In this document: positions 62,673-64,000 of the stretch, piece after piece
Numbering within the stretch: the first letter of the stretch is position 1
Layout: each line of letters begins with the position of its first letter
Source: Octopus sinensis
Lineage: Eukaryota
Length of the DNA: 64,000 nucleotides
Reading direction: 5' to 3'
NCBI RefSeq assembly: GCF_006345805.1
Contig: NC_042999.1
Span: 103,912,001-103,976,000, forward strand
Made by a program: the position numbers and the translations under genes
The notes under the pieces: generated by a model
Told to the model about the DNA's origin: nothing
What the model saw: only the letters and a program-made list of their open reading frames with translations
Database searches by the model: none

Positions 62673-63367
62673 AGAGAAAGAGAGTGTGTATGCCTGTGTG
62701 TGTGTGTGTGTGTGCATTGGAAACCAATGTGGGTTGGTGACAGAAAGGGCATCCAACCATAGAAAATCTTCCTCAGTAAATTCTATGCAACCCCTGCAAG
62801 CCAGGAAAAAATGGATGTTGTTGTTGTTGATGATGATGATGATGGTCATGCTGGTCCTGGTGTTGTGTGCTGTGTGTTTTACATCTGTTTTTCCATGCAA
62901 GCATAAATAATTTGAATTCAAAACCTAATTAGTGTAAGATACTTATTAGAATACATTATTAATTAGTAAAATTTGTTTCAAGTTAATAAGTAACCAAACA
63001 AGTTTTGGTATGGTCACAATGACTTTGTTGTAAAGGTTTGAGGCAAAAATCTTATATAAAAACAATAAAAAAACCAAAACAGAAGGTAACAATAAGGCCT
63101 ACACCGGAAAAACCAAGTGCAAATTTGGACAACTCACACAAACTCATATAATACACAATGCTTTAGATATTGCTAGTGTAGGAAAGGAAAGTCAATGTCA
63201 AGGCCATTCAATTGTTTGCTTCCGCCACCACTTCTACTAATAAAGAGCAAAAGTATCCAAAAAAAAAAAATCTCAAAATAACAATTTGTATCATGGTCAT
63301 CTATTAATAAGCACATCTTAATTAGACTATAGCTATAAAATATAGACCAATCTCTCTCTCATATATA

Positions 63368-63398
<31 letters not shown>

Positions 63399-63607
63399 TT
63401 ATATATATAAAATACTTAAATACTTATATAAGTAATTAAAAACTTACAAACCAATAAAATAGCCTAGTGGTGATTACATAATAAAAACATACACATAAAT
63501 ACAATAACTACACTATAAAGATTGACCAGCTTTTTTCTTCCCTTTTTGTACAACCAAAGGCATAATATACATATTGTGGTCATTAAATAAAAACAAATCA
63601 TTCATAG

Positions 63608-63650
<43 letters not shown>

Positions 63651-64000
63651 AGGGGGGAGTGACAAAATAATAGAATATAATAGTGGGAGAAGAGGAGGTA
63701 AAAAAATAAGAGAAAGAGAGAAAAACGAAAGAGTAAAACGATCATATAGAGTGCACATCAGAATTATTAAGATAAAACTTACTTGGAAGATGCATGGCAT
63801 TCAATCATATAATAATATATTTAACAAATATATGCATATATACATATGTATATATACATACTCACATCTATACGTATATACATCTATGCATATGTGGGCA
63901 GAGGACGCCATGAAACATGTACAACAAAAAGAATACGAAGTACGAGCACATGGAATATGAACTATTTTTTCAAACAACGAAAGACATAAATGGAAAACAA

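Noticed and set aside
63751-63960. 69-aa ORF at the window end
   Set aside because: First half is (TA/CA) low complexity; no recognisable domain or splice support.

Overview
AT-rich eukaryotic DNA, saturated with microsatellites and transposable elements. The SINE repertoire (tRNA-headed CORE-like, Meta-like, OK-like and V-like SINEs plus RTE-derived elements) points to a coleoid cephalopod, most likely Octopus (inference). No protein-coding exon can be called with confidence. The supplied ORFs trace to SINEs, decayed LINEs or low-complexity tracts, so the window looks intronic or intergenic. It holds more than 20 copies or fragments of one SINE family, several other SINE families, decayed RTE and CR1/Jockey-like LINE fragments, piggyBac-like and hAT-like MITEs, a 1.3-kb pogo-like element and two head-to-tail Helitrons. 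The most interesting signals are RNA-structural. (i) A near-intact type I hammerhead ribozyme motif at 6190-6252, plus two weaker fossils. (ii) An abundant ~220-bp repeat ('family G', at least 15 copies, some in tandem) whose reconstructed consensus resembles an HDV-like ribozyme core. (iii) An unexplained ~145-nt CpG-retaining element at 40234-40378 with four hairpins and a pseudoknot. (iv) Two long foldback hairpins. Repeat boundaries were read by eye and are approximate unless a TSD or terminus is quoted. Family names are by resemblance from memory, not from a database search.
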